DNA of 64,000 nt from Coprobacter sp. (GTDB taxonomy: Bacteria; Bacteroidota; Bacteroidia; Bacteroidales; UBA11471), in the NCBI GenBank assembly GCA_017462265.1, contig JAFTRN010000030.1:89940-153939 (forward strand). Direction: 5' to 3'. Under the pieces are notes generated by a model that worked only from the letters and a program-made list of their open reading frames with translations, made no database searches and was not told the origin of the DNA. A program made the translations under genes and the position numbers. Each line of letters opens with the position of its first letter. The first letter of the stretch is position 1. This document shows positions 20,169 to 31,262 of this stretch, piece after piece.

Positions 20169-21029
20169 ATGAGCGAGCAGAAAGTGATATTGTCGGATCG
20201 GTCGGGCCTGATACTTGAGGGCGGCGGTATGCGGGGTGTGTTCACCTGTGGCGTATTGGATAATTTTATGGATCGCGGCATACGTTTCCCCTATACTATC
20301 GGTGTCAGTGCCGGAGCGTGTAATGGCTTGTCGTATATGTCGGGGCAGCGCGGACGCGCCCGATATAGCAATATAGAACTATTGCAAGAGTATCGCTATA
20401 TCGGTGTGAAACAGCTCCTTTCCAAAGGAAATATAATGGATTTCGACCTATTGTTTCATACATTTCCCGAGGAAATACTCCCATACGATTATGACGCATT
20501 TGCACGATGCTCCGAGCGATATGAGATGGTTACGACCGATTGCGCTACGGGCGAAGCCTGTTATTACGACGAGAAAAGCGATGCCGCACGTATAATAGAT
20601 ATAGTGAAGGCGTCGAGCAGCCTCCCCTTTGTGTGTCCTATTGCCTATGTCGATGGACGACCTATGCTCGATGGCGGAATAGCCGATTCGATACCTATAG
20701 TCCGAGCTCGTTCGCAGGGGTACGACCACAATGTGATAGTGCTCACCCGCAATAAGGGCTATCGCAAGCCTGATAAGAAGCCCTATATACCACCGTTTAT
20801 ATATCGAAAATATCCGCAACTGCGAGAGGCGATCGCTCATCGGAATATGCTCTATAACGAACAAATAGCATTGATAGAGCAGCTCGAGGAGGCCGGATCG
20901 ATTACTGTCATTCGACCTCAACGCCCTATTACCGTGGGGCGTATGGAATGTGATATAAACAAATTGATAGCACTCTACGATGAGGGCTATCAGTGCGCGG
21001 CAGATATTCATTTCGAGAAATCGCTTTGA
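20169..21029 (+). CDS. Patatin-like phospholipase
   Basis: EGGGMRG, GVSAG, DGG motifs. Confidence 0.92.
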   Translation: MSEQKVILSDRSGLILEGGGMRGVFTCGVLDNFMDRGIRFPYTIGVSAGACNGLSYMSGQRGRARYSNIELLQEYRYIGVKQLLSKGNIMDFDLLFHTFPEEILPYDYDAFARCSERYEMVTTDCATGEACYYDEKSDAARIIDIVKASSSLPFVCPIAYVDGRPMLDGGIADSIPIVRARSQGYDHNVIVLTRNKGYRKPDKKPYIPPFIYRKYPQLREAIAHRNMLYNEQIALIEQLEEAGSITVIRPQRPITVGRMECDINKLIALYDEGYQCAADIHFEKSL

Positions 21030-21060
21030 CCTAAGGTGAAAGTAAAAAGGATGTGTGACA

Positions 21061-21375
21061 ATGAAAAAGGTGAAAATTACGGTGATGCGCAAGGCGTGTT
21101 ATCCCGACTTGATGGATAGGTATGAAAAGCCGATGGAGCATGCCTGTGATATGTGCGAAGGACAAACCTTTGTAGCCGATGGTTGGGAGAAACCTATAGG
21201 GCTGTGCGATAGTGCGTGGCAATCGATGTCGCCATTTGTCATGACGTTGGCTCATGGCGGATCGCACATCTATGGCGACTGGATGAAAAACCCTCATTCG
21301 GCAATGATTTCATGCAACGATGGTTTCAGACCGGTATCATTCTACCTGGAAACCATAGAGGCGGATTTTGAATAG
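21061..21375 (+). CDS. TIGR04076 family protein
   Basis: MKKVKITV...CDSAW...ISCNDGFRPVSFYLE. Confidence 0.85.
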   Translation: MKKVKITVMRKACYPDLMDRYEKPMEHACDMCEGQTFVADGWEKPIGLCDSAWQSMSPFVMTLAHGGSHIYGDWMKNPHSAMISCNDGFRPVSFYLETIEADFE

Positions 21376-21448
21376 AACGCATTTGAGGCGCATTCACAAA
21401 GCGTTTATTGTATTTATAATCGATTTTAAGAAAATAAAAATTGTAAGT

Positions 21449-22009
21449 ATGCGTAAAGATTTTGGTGTAAAGACGTGGCTCTATCCGATGCCGGTGTTTA
21501 TTGTAGCTGCGTATGATGAGAATGGTGTGCCCAATGCCATGAATGCGGCTTGGGGTGGTGTCTATACCGACAATATGGTGGGAATATGTCTTGCCGATGA
21601 CCACAAGACTACTCGTAATATACTATCTACGGGTGCGTTTACGGTGAGTATGGCGACGAAAGACACCGTCGTGCCGTGTGATTATGTAGGAATAGTATCG
21701 GGTAATAATGTACCTGATAAGTTTGCCAAATCCGGTTTCCATGCCGTGAAGTCGGCGCACGTCGATGCGCCTATCATCGAGGAACTGCCCATGACGTTGG
21801 AGTGTGAACTCGTGTCGTACGATGCGGAAAGCTGTTATATGGTGGGGCGTATAGTCAATGTATCGGTCGATGAGGCGGTGCTGAACGAGGTCGGGAAAAT
21901 AGATGTGGATAAATTGCAACCTGTCATATACGACCCCTGCAATCACGATTATCGTCTTGTGGGCGAGAAGGTGGCCGATGCCTTTTCTTGCGGAAAATCG
22001 TTGAAATAA
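21449..22009 (+). CDS. Flavin reductase family protein
   Basis: LYPMPVFIVAAYDENGVPNAMNAAWGG, APIIEELPMTLEC. Confidence 0.9.
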   Translation: MRKDFGVKTWLYPMPVFIVAAYDENGVPNAMNAAWGGVYTDNMVGICLADDHKTTRNILSTGAFTVSMATKDTVVPCDYVGIVSGNNVPDKFAKSGFHAVKSAHVDAPIIEELPMTLECELVSYDAESCYMVGRIVNVSVDEAVLNEVGKIDVDKLQPVIYDPCNHDYRLVGEKVADAFSCGKSLK

Positions 22010-22080
22010 ATATACTATAATATACACAGCAAGCGGGAGATAGATACTACTACCTCCCGCTGCGGTATTGATGGTGCTAT

Positions 22081-24276
22081 TTACTTCTCGATCTGTGAGC
22101 GGTATTTCTCTATAATTTCTCGGGCTATGCTTATGCCATCGCCGGTGGGGGTAGCGCTGAATGTGTCGATTTGCTCGTTCCACCAACGTTTTTCGTAGCG
22201 GGTAATCTCCTTTTTGTAGGCTTCGAAACGAGTGTCGTCAAACTCTGCACCGGCGGCAACGGCTTCGTTTACGGCATCGAAAAATCTATTCCAACGTACC
22301 CCGTAATAGGATTTTACAAGGCCGGCCCATGTGCGACTGGCATAGTCGTTGAGTAGCATATCTTCATCGCCCCAAGTGGTGAGCAGGTTGCGGGCATTGC
22401 TCTCGAAATAGGTCTTTTCGGTATCGGTGGTACCCCACGACCGGGCGTCGGCAATCCATTTACCCATGAGGAACGTGGTATTGGTGGCCAACAATCTTTC
22501 GGTATCGGTCAATATATCTCGCAGAATGGTCTCAGCCTCTTTCATAGCTGTGAAATCTTTATCGGCATAGGCCTTGTCGTAACGTGCGCGGACGATGTCG
22601 AAATGATTGCTCAGCATTTGGCGGGTAATGTTTACAATATCAAATTCGTGAGTAGCTCTTTTGCTATCGACACTCAACAATAAATCGAGAGTAGCGAGCA
22701 GATTTCTGTTTTTACACGAGAACCATGTGCTCGAGTAGTATGTGCGAGCCTTGCCCAGAGTGGGGCGCACGTTGAGCCACGAGCATTGTCCCGGTGTGGT
22801 CTGGTCGGTATATACGCTGTCGATAAGCAGTTGCCAAGCCTTCCGGGCATTCTCATCGATTTTTCCCACGCGTTGATCGGCCAAGCAATCTACCCATTGT
22901 GAGATATTTTTGTGGGTATCGAAATCCCATGCCTTTTCGAACACATATTCATAGACAAAGGGATTCAGGTCGAATCCTTCGAGCGTAGAACCTATACCCG
23001 AGAAATTATCACCGCCATTTACGAAGGTGTTTTCGATACGTTCGTTTATCACATCAATTTTGCCACACAGGCGAGAATTACCTCCGAAATTACCCAGATA
23101 GCACCAAATGTAGGGTGAGCCGAAGAATTTTTCGGTGCGTTGCCACACCTCTTGTGCCTCACAATAGTAATCGAGCAACATCTGATGTTCTTGCGGATAG
23201 GAGGTGAGGTAGGCTTTTACACGTTCATCGGTCCAATCTTTGCGGTCGTTGAAAAACAGCCACCCCATTTGCAACCAAGTGGCGTCCTTATCGACACTGC
23301 GCAGATTTTCATATACCTGTCGGCTCACACGAGCAAGATAGTCGGGTTCCCACGAGGGTGGTGTCAATTCGTTGAATAGGTCTATTCCATATATATGATC
23401 GGTGCCGTAGAGCTTTTTTTGTTGTTTCAGAAAGGCCTGCTCTATTTTACGGAATAGCGGGTCCATGGGGTCGAGAAAGCTGCAAGCGTATTCATTGGCA
23501 TAACCGGCCCATGCGCCCAATCGGGTGATTTTGGCCTCGGGATATATGCGTGCGAGTTCTTGGGGTACATGGCCCGCAAATGCCGGCAGTACCGGTCGCA
23601 TATTCAGTTCGCGTTCGCGAGCGACAATCTTTTTTTGTAATTCCTCTTGTCCATCGAGCCACGACATGGGCAGATTACCATGCCAGTAATCGATATTGAG
23701 CATACGATGCCAAGGCAGATGGGCAGGACCTGTAAAATAGTTACGTACCTCCTCGTCGCTAAGTCCCAACTCGGTCCACACTTTATACCAAATACTTTCT
23801 TGTCCGGTAATGGCCAGGGGCAGGTTCACGCCATTGAGTGCCATCCAGTCGATGAAATGTTCCCATTCGCGCCATTTCCACCAAGGCATGGTGTAGCCGA
23901 AAGTGCAATAGTTCAGAAAAAAACGATTTTGTACCCGAGCTTCGATATGAACTTTTTTATCTACGATAGGGAGTACCTCGGGCATTTCTATGGGATTGTA
24001 GTCGAACCAAGACACCTCGGTCTTACAATAATATTTGAGGTAGTGATTGAGGCCTACGGCCATGGAATTGGCATTGTTTCCGGCAATAACCACTTTGTCG
24101 CCTTCGCTCCACAACTCGAAACAATCGCTGTCGCTTTTGATTTTTTTGATTTCGAAATAGTTGCTGTATTCCGGTAACAGGCGGGAAATCAATCCTCGCA
24201 TAGCCGATTTGTCGCCGGCATTAATTATTCCTATACAGAACAATAATGCCAAGATAGTCGATGAAATTCTTTTCAT
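22081..24276 (-). CDS. Alpha-N-acetylglucosaminidase (GH89)
   Basis: NYCTFGYTMPWW, IDWMALNGVN, VLPAFAGHVP, NARNLLTTWG, DYASRTWAGL. Confidence 0.93.
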   Translation of the reverse strand: MKRISSTILALLFCIGIINAGDKSAMRGLISRLLPEYSNYFEIKKIKSDSDCFELWSEGDKVVIAGNNANSMAVGLNHYLKYYCKTEVSWFDYNPIEMPEVLPIVDKKVHIEARVQNRFFLNYCTFGYTMPWWKWREWEHFIDWMALNGVNLPLAITGQESIWYKVWTELGLSDEEVRNYFTGPAHLPWHRMLNIDYWHGNLPMSWLDGQEELQKKIVARERELNMRPVLPAFAGHVPQELARIYPEAKITRLGAWAGYANEYACSFLDPMDPLFRKIEQAFLKQQKKLYGTDHIYGIDLFNELTPPSWEPDYLARVSRQVYENLRSVDKDATWLQMGWLFFNDRKDWTDERVKAYLTSYPQEHQMLLDYYCEAQEVWQRTEKFFGSPYIWCYLGNFGGNSRLCGKIDVINERIENTFVNGGDNFSGIGSTLEGFDLNPFVYEYVFEKAWDFDTHKNISQWVDCLADQRVGKIDENARKAWQLLIDSVYTDQTTPGQCSWLNVRPTLGKARTYYSSTWFSCKNRNLLATLDLLLSVDSKRATHEFDIVNITRQMLSNHFDIVRARYDKAYADKDFTAMKEAETILRDILTDTERLLATNTTFLMGKWIADARSWGTTDTEKTYFESNARNLLTTWGDEDMLLNDYASRTWAGLVKSYYGVRWNRFFDAVNEAVAAGAEFDDTRFEAYKKEITRYEKRWWNEQIDTFSATPTGDGISIAREIIEKYRSQIEK

Positions 24277-24405
24277 GATATTGGTTTTTAAGATGTTGTT
24301 TGGCCTTGATTTAGAACTGTCGCATTACGCGAAATCGCCTTTAAAAGAAGTTTGTACAATGTTTTTGAGAAGCCATGATAAATAACAGCTTCTTAAACAG
24401 CATTT

Positions 24406-25335
24406 TTACAATGCTTGGAGTATTTCCTCGGCAAGAGTCTTGTCTTGTAGCAGTTGTGTGTGTAGGGCGTTCAAGTCGTCCATACGACGCTCGGGCCGCA
24501 AGTACTTTACAAATTCTATTTGCAACTCTTGTCCGTATATGGTGTCGTTGAAATTGAAGATATGCACCTCGATACTTTGCTTACAATCAGACAAATGAAC
24601 AGTGGGACGTGTCCCGATGTTCAGCATACCGCCGAACGATTTTCCCGCATCGGTTGTTACCCGCACGGCGTAAGCCCCTGTAGCCGGAATGAGTTTTTCG
24701 GTACCACAACACACGATGTTGGCCGTAGGGAAACCTATGGTGCGCCCTATTTGCTGACCGGCCACGACACAGCCGCGCAAGGTGTAATGGTAGGAGAGGA
24801 GCCGAGACGCTTCATCGACTTTCCCGTCGGTCAATAAGCGCCTTATGACCGACGAACTTACTTTCTGTCCGGCAGGCATACAAGCGTTCGATTGCGAGAT
24901 GGAAACGCCCAATTCCGCCCCATATCGCATATAATCGACCGGCGTCTCATTGCGGTTGTGCCCGAAACGGTGATCATAGCCTATAACCAAGTGACGCACA
25001 TGGAAATAATCGCGAATATACCGAATGAACTCTTGGGCGGATAATCGGGCGATATCGTGTGAGAAATCGAGCAAGATACAATAATCTATACCGGTCGCGG
25101 CCAATTGCTCTATACGTTCGTCAAGTGATGTGAGTAGCGGCATCGGTTCGCCCGTAAGGATTTTCTTAGGGTGCTCTCTGAATGTGATGACTCCCGAGAC
25201 TAAACCCATATCGGTCGATGTACGTTTCACATCTGACAGCAAAGCGCGATGTCCGGCATGTACCCCATCAAAGAAACCGATGGTGGCCGTAATTCCCGAA
25301 TAGGGTAGGGTGGTCGTAGACTCGATTATTTGCAT
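24406..25335 (-). CDS. ribF: Bifunctional riboflavin kinase/FAD synthetase
   Basis: GFFDGVHAGH, GYDHRFG, VSSSVIR, GRTIGFPTAN, NIGTRPT. Confidence 0.95.
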   Translation of the reverse strand: MQIIESTTTLPYSGITATIGFFDGVHAGHRALLSDVKRTSTDMGLVSGVITFREHPKKILTGEPMPLLTSLDERIEQLAATGIDYCILLDFSHDIARLSAQEFIRYIRDYFHVRHLVIGYDHRFGHNRNETPVDYMRYGAELGVSISQSNACMPAGQKVSSSVIRRLLTDGKVDEASRLLSYHYTLRGCVVAGQQIGRTIGFPTANIVCCGTEKLIPATGAYAVRVTTDAGKSFGGMLNIGTRPTVHLSDCKQSIEVHIFNFNDTIYGQELQIEFVKYLRPERRMDDLNALHTQLLQDKTLAEEILQAL

Positions 25336-25714
25336 TAAAAGTTGTTTAAATTTTATTTTGAAGAAGATAGGCTGATTTGTAAACAAGTTTACATTACGTA
25401 CGTAGGCACTATCTTTCTCTATTTTTTAGAGGTGTTTTCGGAGTACCAATCTTCTCGTCGTGGTAGATAATCGGAACAAAAATACATAAACTTTTACATC
25501 TAACCCGAATCTTCGACACTAATTCTACATAACACACCCCAAATTGCCGTAAATAAGTCACATCTTTGTCTCTCAAATTCAGCAAGAAAACATTTGTTTA
25601 TAAAAAAAGTATCGAAAAAGCATGAAAATAATTTTGTAGGTTCGAGAAAAAGCACTAATTTTGCATTGCTTTTTCCGAGAAACACCGATTGGGTGTTCAA
25701 AAAAACGGGAAATC

Positions 25715-25788
25715 GGTCCTATAGCTCAGTTGGTTAGAGCATCTGACTCATAATCAGGGGGTCCTTGGTTCAAGCCCAAGTGGGACCA
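25715..25788 (+). tRNA. tRNA with CAT anticodon (probably tRNA-Ile2, lysidine-modified; elongator Met not excluded)
   Basis: GGTCCTATAGCTCAGTTGGTTAGAGCA-TCTGA-CTCATAA-TCAGG...GGTTCAAGCCC...GGGACCA cloverleaf. Confidence 0.9.
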
Positions 25789-25794
25789 CACAAC

Positions 25795-25835
25795 AAATCG
25801 CTAAGTAGTTGAACTTACAACACTTAGCGATTTTT
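25795..25835 (+). terminator. Hairpin/terminator after tRNA
   Basis: AAATCGCTAAGT...ACTTAGCGATTT inverted repeat with T tract. Confidence 0.6.
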
Positions 25836-25897
25836 CTTTTGATTTCAGCCCGACTCTAGCCCGACTTATTCTTCGCTTAACAATTTTGATACCCCAT

Positions 25898-25936
25898 ATT
25901 TACGAAGATTTTGGAAATCTTTATCGGACCCCAATA
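25898..25936 (-). repeat. Isolated MITE-like end (type A)
   Basis: Reverse complement of ~7413-7451 (GTCCGATAAAGATTTTAAAAATCTTCGTAAAT core) with few mismatches. Confidence 0.65.
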
Positions 25937-25993
25937 TAAAAAATACCCCGGGTGCGAAGGGCGACCCGGGGTGGTGTAGGGTATCTTATGAAA

Positions 25994-26590
25994 TTATTTA
26001 GATGAGCTCTTGGTGTAGCGATGGTTGAGTAGTGATACTATCTCCATCGTGATGTCGTATGATGGTTTTATGTAGAGTGTACTGCTGTTGTTGAGTATAG
26101 CCTCGTATTTCCCGTCTTTGTTGTATTCTTTGATGAAGTTGGTGATGGAGTCGTTGACCTGTATCAGCGTTTTTTGTTGTTCTTGCAACAGTTCGTTTTC
26201 GAGGCGTTGAGCGTAGGCTTGCAACTCTTGTTGTTTTTTCATGAGGCGTTGTTGCTCTTGTTCGAAACGGTCTTGCGACAAGAACGCGTTGTTTTTCACT
26301 TTGCGTTCGAAGTCGGCTACCTCTTTTTCGAGTTGACGGCCTTTCTCGTTGATGTCGGCCCGAGCATTTTCCTGACGTGTCAGCATACTTTCGGTCAGGT
26401 CTTTGGCCAAGTTGTAGTTTATGAGCAACGAGTCGATGTTTACATAGGCGATAGGCAGATGCCCATCGAAAGTGTAGGCTGCGCCCGATTGGTTATCGCT
26501 TTGAGCGACAGGACTTGAGGCCGTTTGTTGGCAACTTGTCATCAGCAATGCGCCGACAAGTGTCAGTGTGAGGATAAGGTTTTTATACAT
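25994..26590 (-). CDS. OmpH/Skp family chaperone (lipoprotein)
   Basis: Lipobox-like LMTSC, IAYVNIDSLL, coiled coil, YDIT. Confidence 0.88.
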   Translation of the reverse strand: MYKNLILTLTLVGALLMTSCQQTASSPVAQSDNQSGAAYTFDGHLPIAYVNIDSLLINYNLAKDLTESMLTRQENARADINEKGRQLEKEVADFERKVKNNAFLSQDRFEQEQQRLMKKQQELQAYAQRLENELLQEQQKTLIQVNDSITNFIKEYNKDGKYEAILNNSSTLYIKPSYDITMEIVSLLNHRYTKSSSK

Positions 26591-26596
26591 GTGTTT

Positions 26597-26833
26597 TTAG
26601 TTTTGATTGATTTCCATATTATTATCTCGGGAATTATCGGGATAGAGGCCCTGCTTTTCACGCTCGGCCCGGTCGGTCGATAGGGCGCAAGTGATGCCCC
26701 GTTTTTTCATATGGGGATTATGCCCTATATGAGAGTTGGGAAATCGGCCTCCACGCACAAAAAATACCTTTATTCCTAAAAGTAATACCGAAAAGGCAAC
26801 AATTAGTAGGGTAAGCAATATGACTTTTCCCAT
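26597..26833 (-). CDS. Small membrane hypothetical protein
   Basis: TM helix then GRFPNSHIGHNPHMKKRGITC, a pattern I recognise from Bacteroidales small proteins. Confidence 0.7.
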   Translation of the reverse strand: MGKVILLTLLIVAFSVLLLGIKVFFVRGGRFPNSHIGHNPHMKKRGITCALSTDRAEREKQGLYPDNSRDNNMEINQN

Positions 26834-27088
26834 ATAATTCCTATATTTGTGACCTACGAGCATATACTGCACTCGCAGTGAAAAATATTCACACAAGGTT
26901 GGTATTTTTCGCTCGTTTGTCCTATATTTGTATGCAAATATAATTAAGAAAAAGAGACTTGAGGCGTTTTGCGGTCAGTTTTGTGTGTTTATATTAAAAT
27001 TATAAGCCTTTTTAACATTTCAAGACGGTCTGACAACACGATTTTGTCTCGAAAAATTTAAAACAACATCTTTAAACAACACCTAATT

Positions 27089-28540
27089 ATGGAAATAAAA
27101 GACCTGAAACCTCAGCTCATTTGGCGTTACTTCGATGAGATAACGCAAGTACCTCGCCCCTCGAAAAAAGAGGAGAAAATTCGTGCCTATTTACTCGATT
27201 TTGCGGCAAAACATCATCTTGCCGTGAAAACCGACGCTACCGGCAACGTGCTTATCACCAAGCCGGCGACCTCGGGTTGCAACGATACTCCGGCTGTCGT
27301 GTTACAAGCCCACATGGATATGGTATGCGAGAAAAACAGTGATGTGGCTCACGATTTCGACACCGATGCTATAGATACCTACATCGATGGCGAGTGGGTG
27401 AAGGCTCGCGGTACCACGCTCGGTGCCGACAACGGTATAGGTATGGCTGCTGCTCTTGCAGTGCTGGCTTCCGATGATTTGAAACACCCGGCCGTAGAGG
27501 CGCTTTTCACGGTCGATGAGGAGACCGGTCTTACCGGCGCGTTCGGTATGCAAGATGGTTTCATATCCGGAAAATATCTGATAAATCTCGACTCCGAAGA
27601 CGAGAGTGAAATATTTGTGGGTTGTGCAGGAGGTATCGATACGACTTGCACCTTTACCTACACTACGCAACCGATACCCGATGGGCATATCGCATTGAAA
27701 GTGGCTGTCGCTCGATTGCTCGGTGGACACTCGGGGGGCGATATACACGAGGGTAGGGGCAATGCCAATAAGATTTTGGCTCGCTTCCTTTGCCGATGCC
27801 TCAAAAAGTATGATTTGCGCCTTTGTGCCATCGATGGCGGAAATCTGCGTAATGCCATTCCGCGTGAGGCTTGGGCGGTCATAACTGTACCCGTGGCCGA
27901 TAAGGAAAACGTACGCGTAGATTTGAATCTCTATCAGTCTGTCGTAGAGGCCGAATTGGCAGGTGTCGATCCCGATGTCACGCTGTCGCTCTCGTCGTGT
28001 GATATGCCTGCATGCTGCATCGACACGACTACGGCCACCGCGTTGTTGCGGGCGTTGTATGCCTGTCCTCACGGAGTGATGGGTATGAGCCGTGATATTC
28101 CGGGACTGGTCGAAACCTCGACCAATCTGGCTTCGGTGAAGATGAAAGATGACAATACTATCGTGGTGGCAACCAGCCAACGCAGTTCTACCGAGTCGTT
28201 AAAGCACGATATTGCCGCCCAAGTGGAGCATCTCTTTGCCATGGCCGGTGCCGTGCCCTCGCATGGAGATGGCTATCCCGGCTGGAAACCCAATCTCAAA
28301 TCAGAAATCCTCGACATTGCCGTGAAAGCTCATGAAGAATTGTTTGGTACCAAACCGGCGGTAAAAGCCATTCATGCCGGTCTCGAATGTGGTCTCTTTT
28401 TGGAGAAAAATCCCGGTCTCGATATGATTTCTTTCGGTCCTACGATGCGAGGGGTACACTCGCCCGACGAGAAGTTGCATATCCCCGCCGTAGCCAAATT
28501 CTGGGATCATCTGGTGCTTATACTGCAAAAACTCGCCTGA
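27089..28540 (+). CDS. pepD: Aminoacyl-histidine dipeptidase (M20C)
   Basis: LQAHMDMV, TLGADNGIG, DEETG, GGHSG, IHAGLECG, HSPDE. Confidence 0.95.
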   Translation: MEIKDLKPQLIWRYFDEITQVPRPSKKEEKIRAYLLDFAAKHHLAVKTDATGNVLITKPATSGCNDTPAVVLQAHMDMVCEKNSDVAHDFDTDAIDTYIDGEWVKARGTTLGADNGIGMAAALAVLASDDLKHPAVEALFTVDEETGLTGAFGMQDGFISGKYLINLDSEDESEIFVGCAGGIDTTCTFTYTTQPIPDGHIALKVAVARLLGGHSGGDIHEGRGNANKILARFLCRCLKKYDLRLCAIDGGNLRNAIPREAWAVITVPVADKENVRVDLNLYQSVVEAELAGVDPDVTLSLSSCDMPACCIDTTTATALLRALYACPHGVMGMSRDIPGLVETSTNLASVKMKDDNTIVVATSQRSSTESLKHDIAAQVEHLFAMAGAVPSHGDGYPGWKPNLKSEILDIAVKAHEELFGTKPAVKAIHAGLECGLFLEKNPGLDMISFGPTMRGVHSPDEKLHIPAVAKFWDHLVLILQKLA

Positions 28541-28690
28541 GAATAGCCGGTCTAAATATCTGAAAGCCTCCTCGACGGGAGGCTTTCGTCATTTTGTGCA
28601 AACAAAAAAGCTCTTTTCGGGGTTATATCATCAGATTTTATCGATGAGAAGGATAGACGTTTTTTGAAGTTGTTATGATTTATTGATGAT

Positions 28691-30103
28691 ATGAATCGTA
28701 GGTTTTTAATATTACTTATTGCTTGTGTGTTGGCATCGGTGATACCATTGTCGGCACAGACCACGCTCGGAGAGATGTATCTGGATAAAGAACTGCCCGA
28801 GGCTTGGATTTCCGATACTACGTTTGTACAACAACTGCCGGTCACGGGGCGTTGGTGGGCCAGTCTCGACGATACGTTGCTCGACTCGCTTATATCCGTG
28901 GCCTTTGTCAATAGTCCCGATTTGAGGACTGTTTTTTATAGGGTGCAATCGTCGCATGCCGCGTTGCGTATGCAGCAGAGCGAATATTACCCGTCGCTCA
29001 ATCTCTCGTTGGGCTGGAATAAAAGTCAGAGTAGCGGTCGTGTGGGCAGTGCCACCAATACGTCGCGTGAAAGCTATTTTTCGGGGGCATTATCCACGAC
29101 TTGGGAAATAGACCTTTTCGGTGCCACCTACAATCGGGTGCGTTCACAAAAAGCCTTGTATCGCGCTTCGGTCGAGGAGTACAACGCTGCCTTGGTATCG
29201 TTGGCGGCCCAAGTGGCATCGGCCTATGCCCGGCTGCGTATGTTGCAACAGGAATTGCTCGTTGCTCGGGAAAATATCGCTTCCCAGCAGTCTATTCTCG
29301 ATATTACCGAGGCGCGCTACACTACCGGGCTCACATCTCAACTCGATGTAGCACAAGCGCGTTCGGTCTATTTCAGTACTATGGCGTCGGTGCCTTCATT
29401 AGAGGCCGATATTGTGGTGCAGGTCAATGTGCTGGCACTGCTTGTAGGTACACACCCGCATGAATTGTTGCCGACCTTGCAAGATATACGTCCCATACCC
29501 GATTATCGAATGATAATCCCCATAGGTGTACCGGCCAATCTCTTGCGACAACGGCCCGACATACGGGCGGCAGAACAGTCGTTGGTATCGGCTGCAGCCT
29601 TACTGGGTGCCGCTCGTGCCGATTATCTTCCTCAGTTATCGCTCTCAGGCTCTATAGGGTTTGCCTCGGAGAAGATGGATAATTTTTTCGATCATCGCAG
29701 CCTCACCTACGAAATAGCTCCCACTATTACCTGGACGCTGTTTCAGGGACGACATTACACCCAGGCCTCGAAACAGGCCAAGGCCGAATTGGAGGCGAGC
29801 GTGGAGCAATATAACCTGGCTGTACTCACCGCCATAGAGGAGGTCGATAACGCCATGGTTACATACAAAGGGGCTGTGCGCCAACTGCAAATACTGCAAG
29901 ACCTTGTGGCACAGGGCGAATTGACGCTTACCCTTTCGCTCGACCTCTATAAGCGGGGATTGACCACTTTCCAGAATGTACTCGATGCTCAACGGTCTTT
30001 ACTTACCTATCAGAATGGTCTGGCTACGTCGCAGGGGGCGGCATTGACGGCGGTAATCGATCTCTATCGGGCCTTGGGTGGCGGTTGGGATAATTCTAAT
30101 TAA
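28691..30103 (+). CDS. RND outer membrane factor (NodT/OprM-like)
   Basis: WEIDLFG, LLRQRPDIRAAE, LYRALGGGW. Confidence 0.92.
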   Translation: MNRRFLILLIACVLASVIPLSAQTTLGEMYLDKELPEAWISDTTFVQQLPVTGRWWASLDDTLLDSLISVAFVNSPDLRTVFYRVQSSHAALRMQQSEYYPSLNLSLGWNKSQSSGRVGSATNTSRESYFSGALSTTWEIDLFGATYNRVRSQKALYRASVEEYNAALVSLAAQVASAYARLRMLQQELLVARENIASQQSILDITEARYTTGLTSQLDVAQARSVYFSTMASVPSLEADIVVQVNVLALLVGTHPHELLPTLQDIRPIPDYRMIIPIGVPANLLRQRPDIRAAEQSLVSAAALLGAARADYLPQLSLSGSIGFASEKMDNFFDHRSLTYEIAPTITWTLFQGRHYTQASKQAKAELEASVEQYNLAVLTAIEEVDNAMVTYKGAVRQLQILQDLVAQGELTLTLSLDLYKRGLTTFQNVLDAQRSLLTYQNGLATSQGAALTAVIDLYRALGGGWDNSN

Positions 30104-30113
30104 TAAGTATATT

Positions 30114-31226
30114 ATGATACGACCTGTTTTTTTAGCAGTAGCTATTGTGTCGGTAGCGGGGGCGTTATCGGCATGCGACGATAAACATAGGGAAACCGAA
30201 AAAGTATTTCCCGATATAACGGTGGCCTATCCTGAGCAACGTACCGTTACGTTATATAAAGAATATCCGGGCTATATTTCGTCGTGGAGTTCGGTCGATG
30301 TCGTGGCGCGTGTGTCGGGTTATTTGCAGAAGAGCTTGTTCGAGGCGGGCGATTTGGTCACTGAGGGGCAGTTGCTTTATGTCGTAGAGCCCACTTTGTA
30401 CAAAAACGCCGTGCAACAGGCCGAGGCCGACCTGCTCAATGCCAAGGCTGCATACGAATATGCCCGTAATAATTACTCCCGTATGGAGGAGGCTTATGGC
30501 AGTAACGCCGTGAGTGAAATAGACCTGATACAGGCACATTCGGAAATGCAGAAAGCCGAAGCCGCCGTGTCGAAAGCTCGTGCCGAGTTGAATACGGCGC
30601 AGACCAATCTCGGCTATTGCTATATTCGGGCGCCATATACCGGCCATGCCGGGCTGGGTGAGTATGGGGTGGGGGCCTATATCCCCGGTGGCGCCTCGCC
30701 TGCCAAGATGGTTACGGTATATAAAGATTCGGCCATGTATGCCTATTTCACCATCGAAGATGCACAATATCTGAAAATCGTGGAAAACTTACGGCGTAAA
30801 GAGCCGCAAGACAGCGACCGACTGGTGGAGATTATCGCGCGCGAACTTTCCGAACCCTATATCGGTATGGTGAAATATTTGTCACCGAGTATCGACCTCT
30901 CTACGGGTACTCTTACGTTGCGGGCTACGGTCGATAATCCCCATGGTGAACTGAAAAACGGCCTCTATGTGGTGGTACGTATCAAGGCCGGATATGACGA
31001 GAACGCCCTCTTGGTATCGAATGTGGCGATAGGCACCGACCAGCTCGGAAAGTATATCTATGTGGTGGGTGATGATAATCGGGTGGAGTATCGCCATATC
31101 GAGACCGGCGACGTGGTGGACGACTCGCTGTGTATCGTAAAGAGCGGTATCGCCCCTACCGAACGCTATGTAACGCGAGCAATACTCAAGGTACGTGACG
31201 GTATGACCGTAAATCCGGAGATGTAG
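30114..31226 (+). CDS. RND periplasmic adaptor subunit
   Basis: Lipobox LSAC, VVARVSGYL, IRAPYTG, IDLSTGT. Confidence 0.9.
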   Translation: MIRPVFLAVAIVSVAGALSACDDKHRETEKVFPDITVAYPEQRTVTLYKEYPGYISSWSSVDVVARVSGYLQKSLFEAGDLVTEGQLLYVVEPTLYKNAVQQAEADLLNAKAAYEYARNNYSRMEEAYGSNAVSEIDLIQAHSEMQKAEAAVSKARAELNTAQTNLGYCYIRAPYTGHAGLGEYGVGAYIPGGASPAKMVTVYKDSAMYAYFTIEDAQYLKIVENLRRKEPQDSDRLVEIIARELSEPYIGMVKYLSPSIDLSTGTLTLRATVDNPHGELKNGLYVVVRIKAGYDENALLVSNVAIGTDQLGKYIYVVGDDNRVEYRHIETGDVVDDSLCIVKSGIAPTERYVTRAILKVRDGMTVNPEM

Positions 31227-31262
31227 ATATTGTTATGAAAACGTCTTAAACTCATATCGATT

